Origin: an uncultured Alphaproteobacteria bacterium
GTDB lineage: Bacteria; Pseudomonadota; Alphaproteobacteria; HIMB59; GCA-002718135
DNA: 64,000 nucleotides
Assembly (NCBI GenBank): GCA_902560725.1
Contig: CACEMR010000002.1
Location: 66,706-130,705 of the forward strand
Direction of reading: 5' to 3'
Shown: in pieces, positions 1 through 10,816 of the stretch
Layout: each line of letters begins with the position of its first letter
Numbering within the stretch: position 1 is the stretch's first letter
Made by a program: the position numbers and the translations under genes
Notes under the pieces: model-generated
Told to the model about the DNA's origin: nothing
What the model saw: only the letters and a program-made list of their open reading frames with translations
Database searches by the model: none

Positions 1-1
1 C

Positions 2-934
2 TCTCATAGACAACCTTTTTTAATTAATCCCTTTTTAGAATTATTCACAGAAGAGACAGGTATTAAAACAAATGTAGTTTATTCAAAAAAAGGCCTTGCA
101 CAAAGATTGAAAGCTGAAGGTGAAAACAGTCCTGCAGATGTTATACTTACAGTTGATATTGGAAGATTGTATGTATACGATGATCTTGATTTACTTGCAT
201 CATTAGACTCAAAAAAATTAATTAATAATATTCCTGATTATCTTAGAAGTCCTGATAATACTTGGTTTGGCCTTTCTAAAAGAGCTCGGATTATTGTTGT
301 TCATGATAAAAAAGTTGCTGAAGGTGAAATAACAAGAATTGAAGATTTGGCAGACCCGAAGTGGAAAGGTAAAATCTGTTCAAGGCCAGGAAGCCACGTT
401 TATAATCGCGGGATAATGGCGTCGGTAATTGCCGCAATTGGAGAACAAGAAGCTGAAAATTGGGCAAAGGGAATGGTAGCAAATTTTGCTAAAAGACCCC
501 AAGGTAATGATAGAGCTCAAGTTAAAGCAATTCATGAAGGTGAATGTGAAGTGGCCTTGATAAATAATTATTATTTTGGAAAATTAAAATTTTCAGAAGA
601 TCCTGAACAAAGAAAATGGGCAGAAAGTGTGCGTTTAGTTTTTCCTAATCAAAATGAAGGAGATAGAGGAGCTCATGTAAATATTTCTGGAGGCGGTGTT
701 GCTAAATTTTCAAAAAATAAGAATGAGGCTCAAAAATTACTTGAGTTTTTAACAAGTGAAAAAGCTCAAAAACTCTATGGAGAAATAAATTTTGAGTATC
801 CAGCTAACCTTAAAATTGAGCCTGGAGACGAACTACGAAGTTGGGGTAGTTTTCGTGAAGATACACTTCCAATAATTAAAATCGCTGAACTTGCTCCTGA
901 AGCACAAAAGATAATTGATCGTGTTGGTTGGTAG
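2..934 (+). CDS. fbpA: Fe(3+) ABC transporter periplasmic substrate-binding protein (FbpA/AfuA family), 5'-truncated by window edge
   Basis: The frame of ORF 107..934 stays open back to nt 2 (SHRQPFLINPFLELFTEETGIKTNVVYSKKGLAQR, no stop), so the TTG at 107 is internal. LKAEGENSPADVILTVD and the NNYYFG di-tyrosine are typical of ferric-binding proteins. The cognate permease follows. Confidence 0.85.
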   Translation, partial: SHRQPFLINPFLELFTEETGIKTNVVYSKKGLAQRLKAEGENSPADVILTVDIGRLYVYDDLDLLASLDSKKLINNIPDYLRSPDNTWFGLSKRARIIVVHDKKVAEGEITRIEDLADPKWKGKICSRPGSHVYNRGIMASVIAAIGEQEAENWAKGMVANFAKRPQGNDRAQVKAIHEGECEVALINNYYFGKLKFSEDPEQRKWAESVRLVFPNQNEGDRGAHVNISGGGVAKFSKNKNEAQKLLEFLTSEKAQKLYGEINFEYPANLKIEPGDELRSWGSFREDTLPIIKIAELAPEAQKIIDRVGW

Positions 935-945
935 TTTATAAATAA

Positions 946-2559
946 GTGAATTTGTACAATTGGCATAGTTCTTCTGCTTTAGCAACCTTACTAGCTTTAT
1001 TTATAATTAGCCCAATTGTTGCAATTTTTTACTCTGCATTTTTAGGAGATACAAGTCTTTGGCCACATCTATTCTCAACTGTATTACCAAGATATGTTTC
1101 TAATACTATTGTCCTGATGATTGGTGTTGGGATACTTAGTATTATTTTTGGTGTATCCTCAGCATGGGTCGTGACTAGATACAATTTTTTTGGTAAAAAA
1201 TTTTTTGAGTGGTCTCTGTTATTACCTGCTGCAGTTCCAGCTTATATCATTGCTTATACTTATACAGACTTTTTAGAATATGCAGGACCATTTCAAAAGT
1301 TTTTAAGAGAGACGTTTAATTGGAATAGTGCCAATGATTATTGGTTTCCAGAAATTAGATCAATGGGAGGAGCTATTTTAGTTATGTCATGTGTTCTTTA
1401 TCCTTACATATATATGATGACTAGAGCATCTTTTTTAACAGTGCCTTTATCCTTTTATCAAACAAGTTTGATTTATGGACGAAGCAGTTTTTTTTCTGTT
1501 GCTCTTCCTCTTGCTAGACCTGGTATATTTGCTGGATTAGCTCTTGTATTAATGGAGACAATTTCTGATTTTGGTACGGTCGATTATTTTGCCTTAGAGA
1601 CCCTAACTCTTGGTGTATTTAACGTGTGGTTAGGCATGAATAGTCTCTCAGGAGCTGCACAAATTTCTTCAGTATTATTTATTTTTGTTGTGTTCCTTTT
1701 AACAATTGAATATTTAGCAAGACGTAGACAAAGATATTTTGAAAAGAGTAGTGGTCAAAATATGTTGGAGTCAGAAGCAATTTCATTTTCAGGAAAGCTC
1801 CTTTGTTTTTTTATTTGTTTGCTACCTATAACTCTTGGTTTTTTCATACCAGTTATTATTCTTCTTAATTTTGTATTAAATGGTTTTTCTATAATTAATT
1901 TTAGTGATGTTTTTTTTGCTGCTTCAACAAGCATTTCTCTTGCCTTAGGAGGAGCTATAACAGTTATGTTAGTTTCCGTTATTTTAATAATTGTATCAAA
2001 TTATAAATCAAACTCATTTCAAAAAGGATTAATATTTATAGCTTCATGTGGTTATGCTTTACCAGGCACAATACTTGCAGTGGGAATTGTTATTTTCTTT
2101 GGATGGTTAAATAAAATGATTAATTTTGAAGTTAGCTATGTCGCTGGTGGATTTTTGGTTTTAATATTTGCTTACACAACAAGATTTTTAGCAGTAGGCA
2201 ATGCAGCACTTCGATCTGGTATTTTAAAAGTACACCCAAATGCTGTTGATGCATCCCAAACAATGGGTAAAGGGTTTTTTAACACAATTCGTGTAATTGT
2301 TTTGCCATTAATTTATACAAATATATTAATTGGAGGAATACTTGTATTTGTTGATATACTTAAAGAACTTCCAATAACACTTTTACTTAGACCGTTTAAT
2401 TTTGAGACTTTGGCAACATATGTCTATCAATATGCTTCAGATGAACTCCTTCAAGAGTCATCATTTGCTGCTTTAATAATTATTCTTGTTGGTCTTGGAC
2501 CCGTAATATTTTTAAATTCTACTCTACAAAAAGTTTCTCAAAAAAAAGAGAGTAATTAA
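946..2559 (+). CDS. fbpB: Fe(3+) ABC transporter permease, two fused transmembrane repeats (FbpB/AfuB type)
   Basis: 537-aa polytopic membrane ORF with a GTG start 12 nt after the fbpA stop. The duplicated permease architecture is typical of iron(III)/thiamine-type importers. Confidence 0.85.
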   Translation: MNLYNWHSSSALATLLALFIISPIVAIFYSAFLGDTSLWPHLFSTVLPRYVSNTIVLMIGVGILSIIFGVSSAWVVTRYNFFGKKFFEWSLLLPAAVPAYIIAYTYTDFLEYAGPFQKFLRETFNWNSANDYWFPEIRSMGGAILVMSCVLYPYIYMMTRASFLTVPLSFYQTSLIYGRSSFFSVALPLARPGIFAGLALVLMETISDFGTVDYFALETLTLGVFNVWLGMNSLSGAAQISSVLFIFVVFLLTIEYLARRRQRYFEKSSGQNMLESEAISFSGKLLCFFICLLPITLGFFIPVIILLNFVLNGFSIINFSDVFFAASTSISLALGGAITVMLVSVILIIVSNYKSNSFQKGLIFIASCGYALPGTILAVGIVIFFGWLNKMINFEVSYVAGGFLVLIFAYTTRFLAVGNAALRSGILKVHPNAVDASQTMGKGFFNTIRVIVLPLIYTNILIGGILVFVDILKELPITLLLRPFNFETLATYVYQYASDELLQESSFAALIIILVGLGPVIFLNSTLQKVSQKKESN

Positions 2560-3602
2560 TTTTTAAAAATAAAAGTTTGAGATTGATCAATCTCAATTTC
2601 TACTGCTGATGATTGTTGAGGATTAAATTCTGGAGGCATATGACTATGCACATGAACAACCTCATTATCATCGTTGAGAACAGAAAGATGAATAAAGCTA
2701 AATGACCCCATTAATTTTGAAGCCATAACAGTTCCTTTAATTCCATTAACAGGAGTTGGTTGTTGTTTTAATTTTATACCTTGAGGTCTAACATGTACCT
2801 CAACATTTTTATTTTCTAGCTCATTTGGAGCTTTAATTTTTCCAACAGGTGTTTCAACATAAGAGTTACTAACCACACCTCGAAATCTATTTGTTTCACC
2901 AAAAAATTCAGTAACATATGAGTTTTTAGGATTTTTATAAAGTTCTGCAGGACTACCAGATTGAATAATATAACCTGAAGTATCCATTATGTTTATTTGA
3001 TTAGAAATAAACATAGCTTCAAAAGGATCGTGTGTAACAATAATAACCGAAATATTTGACTTTTGTAATAAATGTAATGTTTCATCTCTAATTTCTTCTC
3101 GTAAATTCAAATCGAGACTAGAAAAAGGTTCATCTAACAAAAGTAAATCTGGTTGAGAAATAATTGATCTGGCCAACGCTACTCTTTGTTGTTCTCCACC
3201 ACTTAATTCATGAGGAAATTTATTTAATGAATTTGGTAGTTTTATTAAATCTATAATATCTTCAATTTTATAATCTGAATTTTTATAGTTAATTGGATAC
3301 TCTAAATTTTGTTTAACAGTTAAATGAGGAAACAAAGCATAGTCCTGAAACAAAAAACCAATTTTTCTTTTTTCAGTTGGCAAATGTTTTTTTGTGCTGC
3401 TGACCGTTTCATCATTGATTATAATTTTTCCAGACTGTACTTTTTCTAATCCTGCAATAAGTTTTAATAAAGTAGTTTTACCACTTCCAGAGGGTCCTAG
3501 GATGCATGAGATAGTATCTTTTTTTAAATTAAAATTAATACTGTTTAAAATTTTTTTATTATTTATAGAATAACTCAAATCTTGAACTTCAACAGCTAAC
3601 AT
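2556..3602 (-). CDS. fbpC: ABC transporter ATP-binding protein (FbpC/PotA-like, with C-terminal TOBE-like domain)
   Basis: Walker A GPSGSGKTT, signature LSGGEQQRVALAR, Walker B LLLLDEPFSSLD, H-loop VTHD. Convergent with fbpB (4-nt overlap). Confidence 0.85.
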   Translation of the reverse strand: MLAVEVQDLSYSINNKKILNSINFNLKKDTISCILGPSGSGKTTLLKLIAGLEKVQSGKIIINDETVSSTKKHLPTEKRKIGFLFQDYALFPHLTVKQNLEYPINYKNSDYKIEDIIDLIKLPNSLNKFPHELSGGEQQRVALARSIISQPDLLLLDEPFSSLDLNLREEIRDETLHLLQKSNISVIIVTHDPFEAMFISNQINIMDTSGYIIQSGSPAELYKNPKNSYVTEFFGETNRFRGVVSNSYVETPVGKIKAPNELENKNVEVHVRPQGIKLKQQPTPVNGIKGTVMASKLMGSFSFIHLSVLNDDNEVVHVHSHMPPEFNPQQSSAVEIEIDQSQTFIFKN

Positions 3603-3624
3603 ATAATCCCTAATATACTAAATA

Positions 3625-4542
3625 TTATACACGGGGAAATTTATCTTTGATTTCATTTTCCCATTCTAAGAATTTATTTGACCTGTTCTCTGGATTTGGA
3701 TGTGAGCTCATAAACTCCGGGACACTTTTTTTTTGTTCAAGCATCATTCTACCCCAAAGTTTTGAAGGTTCATTAATATCAAAACCACTTAAATTCATAA
3801 AGGCCATTCCAAGATAGTCCGCCTCACTTTCCATATTCCTACTAAATGGAAGAAAGATTCCATATTTTACAACTGAGTTATAAACATTACCTCCAACATT
3901 ACCAATACGAAAAGATTTATTAAGTAATTGTGAATAACGACTATTTGATATTCCTATTGTAGCCATTTGTATCATTGATGATTGTGTAAGTTTCTCAACT
4001 GTATGTCTTGCAAATGCGTGTGCTATTTCATGACCCATAACAGCAGCTATTCCGTCATCATTTTTACAAATAGGAAGTATTCCAGTGTAAAAAGCAATTT
4101 TGCCACCAGGCATACACCATGCATTTTTTTGTTCAGATTCTATTAGGGCAAATTGCCATTTAAAATCTTCAATTGGATTTTTTTGATTATTATTTTGGTA
4201 ATATTTATTAATTGAGGAATATATTTCTGTTCCTATTTCTTTTATTTTTTTAGACTCAGCAGTATTATCAACTAAAATCTTGTCATTTTTTGCTTGAGAA
4301 ATAAATTTATTATAAACTTTATCAATTTCTTGATTAAGAGACTTTTCATTTGCGTAAACTTTTGGAATTGGAATTCCAGCAACACTTCCTTGAAAAATAA
4401 CTATAGGTAAATTACTATCATATAAATTTAGTTGATTTCTATTTGTTAATGGAACTTGCGCGCAAGAAGGTAAAATTACAGAGCCACATATTGAGCAAGT
4501 GGCTGATACAATAAACTTTCTTCTGTTTACTCTTGTTTGCAT
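3625..4542 (-). CDS. M48-family Zn metallopeptidase, predicted lipoprotein
   Basis: HEIAHAFARH (HExxH) plus the downstream ESEADYLG motif. The N-terminus NRRKFIVSA...LPSC looks like a signal peptide with a lipobox Cys. Confidence 0.8.
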   Translation of the reverse strand: MQTRVNRRKFIVSATCSICGSVILPSCAQVPLTNRNQLNLYDSNLPIVIFQGSVAGIPIPKVYANEKSLNQEIDKVYNKFISQAKNDKILVDNTAESKKIKEIGTEIYSSINKYYQNNNQKNPIEDFKWQFALIESEQKNAWCMPGGKIAFYTGILPICKNDDGIAAVMGHEIAHAFARHTVEKLTQSSMIQMATIGISNSRYSQLLNKSFRIGNVGGNVYNSVVKYGIFLPFSRNMESEADYLGMAFMNLSGFDINEPSKLWGRMMLEQKKSVPEFMSSHPNPENRSNKFLEWENEIKDKFPRV

Positions 4543-4571
4543 ATAATTATTATATAGTAATTTAAAATTAT

Positions 4572-5552
4572 ATGAATATTTTTAACAATGTAAAAAAAGC
4601 AGAAATTCATGTTCATCTTGAAGCAACAATAACACCATCAATTTGTAAAAAATTTGCCGATAGAAATAATCATGAAATACCCGATGAATTTTATGGTTCC
4701 AAGTATGCCTATGAATGGGACGACTTTTACGATTTTCTAAAAAAATATGACATTGTAACTTCGGTGATTCATACACCTGAAGATTATTATGAATTAACTT
4801 ATGAATACTTAAAAGAATGCGCTTCTAATAATGTTATTTATATGGAAGCAATGATTTCCTCAACACATGCTAAGAACAAAGGCATGACTTATCATTCATT
4901 TATTGAAGGTGTTTATGAAGCTTCAAAGAAAGCCGAAGAAGATTTTGGGATAGTAGCTCGTTACATTATGAATGGTATTAGACATTTAGGACCAGAGTCA
5001 GTACAAAATACTGCAGAGGAAGTTCTAAAAAATCCACATCCTTGTTTAGTCGGTTTTGGTTTGGCTGGTGACGAACTTCATTTTCCTCCAAATTTATTTG
5101 TTAAAACATTTGATATGTTAAAAGAGGCAAACTTTCCCATTACTGTTCATGCTGGTGAATGGGATGGGCCAGAAAATATTCGTAATGCAATTAATTTACT
5201 TCATCCAACCAGATTAGGTCATGGTGTTCGATCAATTGAAGATCCTGAATTAGTAAAAGAAATTATTGATAAAGATATTATTTTAGAAACATGTCCAACA
5301 AGTAACATTGCAACAAAAATCTATGAGGATTATGAAAGTCACCCTGTTAAAACTTTATTCAATCAGGGTGTAAAGGTGACAGTCAATTCTGATGACCCAC
5401 CTTTTTTTAATGCAACTATTCAAGGAGAATATAAAGTTATGGAAGATCTTGGTCTTAATGAAAAAGAACTTACCTCACTTACTCATAATGCAATTAAATA
5501 TTCTTTTTGTGATGAAGAAAATAAGAGTAAATTATTATCTAAATTAGACTAG
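4572..5552 (+). CDS. add: Adenosine deaminase
   Basis: N-terminal metal motif EIHVHLEAT, VHAGEWDG, and the C-terminal NSDDPPFF signature of the adenosine/AMP deaminase family. Confidence 0.9.
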   Translation: MNIFNNVKKAEIHVHLEATITPSICKKFADRNNHEIPDEFYGSKYAYEWDDFYDFLKKYDIVTSVIHTPEDYYELTYEYLKECASNNVIYMEAMISSTHAKNKGMTYHSFIEGVYEASKKAEEDFGIVARYIMNGIRHLGPESVQNTAEEVLKNPHPCLVGFGLAGDELHFPPNLFVKTFDMLKEANFPITVHAGEWDGPENIRNAINLLHPTRLGHGVRSIEDPELVKEIIDKDIILETCPTSNIATKIYEDYESHPVKTLFNQGVKVTVNSDDPPFFNATIQGEYKVMEDLGLNEKELTSLTHNAIKYSFCDEENKSKLLSKLD

Positions 5553-6513
5553 ATAATTTTACTAAAGGTCTAGCACCATAATGAGATATAATTTCAGCAG
5601 CAGCGATTGATGCATAATTACCACATTCTTCCATACTTTTATTTTTTGAATATCCATATAGAAAACCAGCTGCAAATAAATCACCTGCACCAGTAGTATC
5701 AACAACTTTTTCAACTTTTTGCGCGCTAATTTCTGTAATAACACCATTTGATACAACTACAGATCCACTACTTCCTTTAGTTATAGCTGCTGTAATATTT
5801 AATGACTTTGCATATTCTAAACCCTCTTCAAAACTTGAAGTTTGAGCCATAGATTTAATTTCATCTTCGTTGGCAAAAAGAATATCAACATCATTATTTA
5901 TTAATTCTTGAAAAGAATCGCGATGACGATCGACACAAAATAAATCTGAGAGTGTGAAAGCAATTTTTTGATTATCTGCTTTACAAATATCAACCATTTT
6001 TTTCATAGCTTTTTTTGCATTTTCGTTGTCCCATAAATATCCTTCTAAATATGCAATCTTATGATTTTTAATATCATCCTCTTTAATATCTTCTGGTCCA
6101 ATCAATGTTCCAGCACCTAAAAAAGTACACATTGTTCGAGTTCCATCTTCTTCTACAAAGATAGTGCAACAACCTGTAGAGATATCAGGAGATGTGAAAC
6201 CTAAAGGAAATTTCAATCCTTCTCTCATCATATCTTTTTGAAGATAAACGCCTATTTCATCATTTTTAATTTTACCAATAAAACTTCCATTTCCACCAAA
6301 AGAAGTAATACCAAACATAGAATTTCCTAAGGATCCACCACCTGCCATTTCTTTTATCGAATAACTTTCATGCAGATTATTTTTTAAACTTTCATCAATA
6401 AGATTCATAGAATCTCTATTAATGTCATGCTTTTCGATTTCACTTTGATTAGATGGAATGATGGCGTCAACCATCGCATTTCCTATTCCTACAACATCTA
6501 ATTTTTCACTCAT
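5539..6513 (-). CDS. PfkB-family carbohydrate/nucleoside kinase, probable adenosine kinase
   Basis: PfkB signatures (GGGSLGNS region; DTTGAGDLFAAGFLYG). Convergent with add, overlapping by 14 nt. Confidence 0.7.
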   Translation of the reverse strand: MSEKLDVVGIGNAMVDAIIPSNQSEIEKHDINRDSMNLIDESLKNNLHESYSIKEMAGGGSLGNSMFGITSFGGNGSFIGKIKNDEIGVYLQKDMMREGLKFPLGFTSPDISTGCCTIFVEEDGTRTMCTFLGAGTLIGPEDIKEDDIKNHKIAYLEGYLWDNENAKKAMKKMVDICKADNQKIAFTLSDLFCVDRHRDSFQELINNDVDILFANEDEIKSMAQTSSFEEGLEYAKSLNITAAITKGSSGSVVVSNGVITEISAQKVEKVVDTTGAGDLFAAGFLYGYSKNKSMEECGNYASIAAAEIISHYGARPLVKLSSLI

Positions 6514-7394
6514 TTTTGTTTAATTATTATTGGTACTAATTGCACTATAATGACTCCAACAAATATTGCAAGACATCCAAGTATCTTTTGTGTGTCTAAA
6601 ACCTGATTCAATAATATCCATCCAGCAATGGCAGCAAAAACTGACTCCATTGATAAAATAATAGCAGCTGGCGCAGGATTGGCTTTATGCTGAGCAATAA
6701 TTTGCAGCGTATATCCAATTCCTGCTGAAAAGATTCCTGTATATAAAATTTCAAACCATTCGATTTGCATATTTGACAATTTTGGATCTTCCCAAGTAAA
6801 AGCTAATATCGTTGATAAAAGAAAAACTATAAAATATTGAATACTTCCAAAAAGGAACGGACTGTTCAATTCCTTTATAAAAATATCAATACAAATAATG
6901 TGTAATGCAAAAAATAAAGCTGCAATAAATAAAAGTGAATCTGATTGTTGAATTTCAATCGATTGATTAGATGATAATAAATAGGATCCGTATAAGCAAA
7001 GCAATATAGCAACCCAAATTATCCAGTGAACTTGTTTCTTAATTATAAACCTTGAAATAATTCCAACAAAAGGAACATAAAGTGTGCTCAAGAAAGCAGC
7101 ATTAGATATTAGTGATTTTTGTAAAGCATATTGTTGTAATCCCATACCACCAAATAGAAAAAACCCTGTAGCAATACATAAATAAATTTTTTTTCTATCG
7201 TTTAATATTTTAGAAACATTTCCCCTTTCTAAATAAAGCGCAAAGGGAATGACTGTAAGAAAAGCAAAAAAGAATCTTCCAAAGCTAAAGGTAAAAGGTC
7301 CAATAGCACCCATGCCTGTTGTTTGACTAACAAATGCTGTTCCCCAAATTAAGGATGCAATTAGCATGAGAATATTTGCTCTAGTATGGCTCAT
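6510..7394 (-). CDS. DMT-superfamily (EamA-like) membrane transporter
   Basis: 294-aa protein with about 10 TM segments and two EamA-type repeats. Its stop overlaps the kinase start by 4 nt. Confidence 0.75.
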   Translation of the reverse strand: MSHTRANILMLIASLIWGTAFVSQTTGMGAIGPFTFSFGRFFFAFLTVIPFALYLERGNVSKILNDRKKIYLCIATGFFLFGGMGLQQYALQKSLISNAAFLSTLYVPFVGIISRFIIKKQVHWIIWVAILLCLYGSYLLSSNQSIEIQQSDSLLFIAALFFALHIICIDIFIKELNSPFLFGSIQYFIVFLLSTILAFTWEDPKLSNMQIEWFEILYTGIFSAGIGYTLQIIAQHKANPAPAAIILSMESVFAAIAGWILLNQVLDTQKILGCLAIFVGVIIVQLVPIIIKQK

Positions 7395-7412
7395 TATGAA
7401 TAAGTAAATTTT

Positions 7413-9203
7413 TTATTTTTTGTCTTTATTAATCCACCAAGATTCAATTACAATTCCATAAAGTGGTATTTTATCTGGGTATTCAAAAAAATCCCAATAC
7501 GCAATTCTATCTTTATTGCTATGATATAATGGAATTACATAATGACCCCATAACAGAACTCTATCAAGAGCATGAATGGCTGTTAATAATTCAATTCGAT
7601 CATTAGCACTGATAAGTTTTTCGATTAAAGCATCAATAACTGGACTATTAATTCCAGAATAATTTCTACTACCGTCTTTTTTTCCAACTTCAGATCCCCA
7701 ATAAAATTGTTGCTCATTACCAGGGCTAAGACTTACTCCCCAATAGCGCTTTATCATATCAAAATCGTAATTAAGTAAGCGTGCTTGATATTGTGATGAA
7801 TCAACAGTTCTAACATCCATAGTTATGCCAAGTTTTTTCAAGTTACTCTGAAATGCTAATGCTATTTTTTCATCTGATGGACTAACAATTAAAAATTCAA
7901 ACTTAAATTCTTCCCCATTTTTTATTAGTTTACCGTTTTCAATAAACCATCCTTCTTTTTCTAAAATTTCTTTTGCCATCAAAAGATTTTTTCTATCATT
8001 TCCACTTCCATCTGTTTTAGGTGGTGAAAATGTTTCTGAAAATACTTCAGCTGGCAATTGATTTTTCCAAGGGTTTAATAATTCTAATTCTTTATCAGAA
8101 GGCAAGCCAGATGAAGCTAAAGGTGAGTTATCAAAATAGCTATCAGTTCTAACGTAAGCATTCTGATATATTGTTTTATTTATCCATTCATGATCATAAG
8201 CATAACTGAGAGCAAGACGAACATTTCTATTTTTAAATAAGTCACGTCGTGTATTTAAAACCAGACCATTCATTCCTACAGGTCTATCGTTGTTCATTTC
8301 TTTTAATACTACCTCGCCAGTATCAACAGCATTGAAACCATATTCTGTAAGCCAACGTTTTACATTATATTCTCTTCTAAAGTCGTATTCACCAACTTTA
8401 AAAGCTTCCACTAAAACATTAGAGTCCTTATAATAATCATAAATAATTGTATCAAAATTATAAAGCCCTTTATTAACAGGCAAATCTTTAGCCCAATAAT
8501 CTTCAACTCGTTTGTATTTAATTTGACGTCCTGGATCGAGGCTATCAATAGTATAAGGCCCACTGCCAAGGGGGATATCCAAGAACGTTTTGGTAACATC
8601 TAAGTTTTCATAAAATTTTTTTGGAATGATTGGTAAAAATCCAGCTACTATTAATGGGAGTTCTTTATCTTCATTATTAATAAAATTCATTTTAATACCA
8701 TTGTTACCAATTAATTCTGTTGTAATTACTTTTCCGTAAGTTTTTTTCTGATTAGGTGTTCCTTTGGTTTGAAATGTTTCAAGGCTAAATAAAACGTCTT
8801 CCCGAGTAATTTGTGAACCATCGTGAAAAGTTGCATTTGGATTTAAATAAAATGTAATTGAGGATCTATCATCTGGCATTTCAACGAATTCAGCTATTAA
8901 ACCGTACAAGGAAAAAGCTTCATCCCAGACACGTCTCATTAATGTATCATTGATATAACCTAAACCAGCTGCCTTAGACCCTTTGAAGGCTACTCTATTT
9001 AAATTATCAAATGAACCATAAGATCCAAATTTAACTTCACCACCTTTTGGCGCATTAGGATTGACATAATCTAAATGTCTAAAACTGCTTTCATATTTTG
9101 GCTCACCATGCATGGCAATACCATGTACTTTATTAGCGTGACTATAATTTTGAAAAGATAATAAAACAAATAAAGCCGCTATATTGAAAAGCATTCTTTT
9201 CAT
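7413..9203 (-). CDS. ABC transporter substrate-binding protein, family 5 (peptide/opine; YejA-like), orphan
   Basis: 596 aa with a signal peptide (MKRMLFNIAALFVLLSFQNYSHA). Family-5 SBP features are present (GGEVKFGSYGSFDNLN, TFHDGSQITREDV). No adjacent permease or ATPase genes. Confidence 0.8.
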   Translation of the reverse strand: MKRMLFNIAALFVLLSFQNYSHANKVHGIAMHGEPKYESSFRHLDYVNPNAPKGGEVKFGSYGSFDNLNRVAFKGSKAAGLGYINDTLMRRVWDEAFSLYGLIAEFVEMPDDRSSITFYLNPNATFHDGSQITREDVLFSLETFQTKGTPNQKKTYGKVITTELIGNNGIKMNFINNEDKELPLIVAGFLPIIPKKFYENLDVTKTFLDIPLGSGPYTIDSLDPGRQIKYKRVEDYWAKDLPVNKGLYNFDTIIYDYYKDSNVLVEAFKVGEYDFRREYNVKRWLTEYGFNAVDTGEVVLKEMNNDRPVGMNGLVLNTRRDLFKNRNVRLALSYAYDHEWINKTIYQNAYVRTDSYFDNSPLASSGLPSDKELELLNPWKNQLPAEVFSETFSPPKTDGSGNDRKNLLMAKEILEKEGWFIENGKLIKNGEEFKFEFLIVSPSDEKIALAFQSNLKKLGITMDVRTVDSSQYQARLLNYDFDMIKRYWGVSLSPGNEQQFYWGSEVGKKDGSRNYSGINSPVIDALIEKLISANDRIELLTAIHALDRVLLWGHYVIPLYHSNKDRIAYWDFFEYPDKIPLYGIVIESWWINKDKK

Positions 9204-9289
9204 TTTTATATCCTAACAATTTATTTGGATTTGATAAAGCTGTTCTTCATCAATCTTCAAATTTATAAATATTACTATATATTAGAATT

Positions 9290-10207
9290 ATGAAAATATT
9301 AGGATCAGAGATTACCCCATACTCAACCTATTTAAATAGACGCAAATTTATTAAAGGTACATTTGCAACCGCACTAGCAACGACTATCTCCTCAAATGTA
9401 TTTGCTAACCATCAGGCTAGTCCTGATATTTATAATAAATTTTTAGGAGAAAATGATACAATAAACTCCTATGAAGAAATAACGACCTATAATAATTTTT
9501 ATGAATTTGGGACTCATAAAAAACATCCATCTTTAAATTCTGGAAATTTTAATCCAAATCCATGGTCAATAAAGTTAGAGGGATTAATTAACAATCCTCA
9601 AACTATCGATCTAGAAAAATTATTATCTAAAGTTACTGTAGAGGATAGAGTTTATAGGCTTAGATGTGTGGAAGCATGGTCTATGGTTATTCCTTGGCAA
9701 GGTTTTCAATTATCTGAATTAATTAAAATTGCCGATCCTATAAGTTCAGCAAAGTACATCCAATTCGTTACAGTTTTAAGACCAGAAGAAATGCCTGGCC
9801 AACAAAAGAGAACAATTATTTGGCCTTACAGAGAAGGTTTAAGAATGGATGAAGCTATGAACTCCTTAACTATTCTTGCAACAGGATTATATGGACACAA
9901 AATGCCAAATCAAAATGGAGCACCTATCAGACTTGTTGTTCCTTGGAAATATGGTTTTAAATCAATTAAATCAATTGTAGCGATACGATTCTTAAATGAA
10001 CAACCAGAAACTTCTTGGGAAACTCTTGCTCCTTGGGAGTATGGTTTTTATGCAAATGTTAACCCAAGCGTTGATCATCCTCGTTGGAGTCAATCAACTG
10101 AAAGACGAATAGGTGAATTTAAAAGAAGAGAGACTCTTATGTTTAACGGCTATGAAGAAGAAGTTGCACATCTTTACAAAGATTTAGATATGACAAAATT
10201 TTACTAG
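9290..10207 (+). CDS. msrP: Protein-methionine-sulfoxide reductase catalytic subunit MsrP (YedY, molybdopterin enzyme)
   Basis: Twin-arginine signal NRRKFIKG. YNNFYEFG, RLRCVEAWSMVIPW and NGAPIRLVVPWKYGFKSIK are hallmark YedY segments. msrQ lies immediately downstream. Confidence 0.9.
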   Translation: MKILGSEITPYSTYLNRRKFIKGTFATALATTISSNVFANHQASPDIYNKFLGENDTINSYEEITTYNNFYEFGTHKKHPSLNSGNFNPNPWSIKLEGLINNPQTIDLEKLLSKVTVEDRVYRLRCVEAWSMVIPWQGFQLSELIKIADPISSAKYIQFVTVLRPEEMPGQQKRTIIWPYREGLRMDEAMNSLTILATGLYGHKMPNQNGAPIRLVVPWKYGFKSIKSIVAIRFLNEQPETSWETLAPWEYGFYANVNPSVDHPRWSQSTERRIGEFKRRETLMFNGYEEEVAHLYKDLDMTKFY

Positions 10208-10816
10208 TTGATGTTTTCAACAAAAAATTTTAATCGAAGCAAACCTTATATTTTCCTTTTACTTTTATTTCCCAGTCTTCTCTGGATAATACAGTTTATA
10301 ACAGGAAATTTAGGTGTTAATCCCATTGAAAGAATAATGGACGAGTTTGGTTTGATGGCTCTACGATTAATTATATTAACTTTAGCGATTACTACATTAG
10401 CAAATATTAAAAAATTAAAATCTATTGTTTTATTTAGACGGATGATAGGATTATTTGCGTTTTATTATGTTACTCTTCATTTTTCAACTTACATATTTTT
10501 AGATCATTTTCTTGATATAAATTTTATAATTAAAGATATAGTTAAGCGACCATTTATTACATTTGGTTTTATTAGTTTCCTTTGTCTTATCCCATTGGCA
10601 TTAACTTCAACAAATCAAATGATAAAAAGATTAGGCTTTAAAGTATGGAAAAAAATTCATTATCTAATTTACCCAGCAGTTATATTATCAAGTTTTCATT
10701 TTTATATGTTGGTTCGTGCGGATAAAACCGAGCCAATGATATACATGGGTATAATTGTGTTATTGCTCTTACAAAGAATAGCAAAAAAACTTAATCTTCT
10801 TCAGCTGAATCAATAA
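10208..10816 (+). CDS. msrQ: Protein-methionine-sulfoxide reductase heme-binding membrane subunit MsrQ (YedZ)
   Basis: 202-aa, 6-TM ferric-reductase-like protein directly after msrP. The track start is TTG at 10208; the ATG at 10211 is the more likely start. Confidence 0.85.
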   Translation: MMFSTKNFNRSKPYIFLLLLFPSLLWIIQFITGNLGVNPIERIMDEFGLMALRLIILTLAITTLANIKKLKSIVLFRRMIGLFAFYYVTLHFSTYIFLDHFLDINFIIKDIVKRPFITFGFISFLCLIPLALTSTNQMIKRLGFKVWKKIHYLIYPAVILSSFHFYMLVRADKTEPMIYMGIIVLLLLQRIAKKLNLLQLNQ

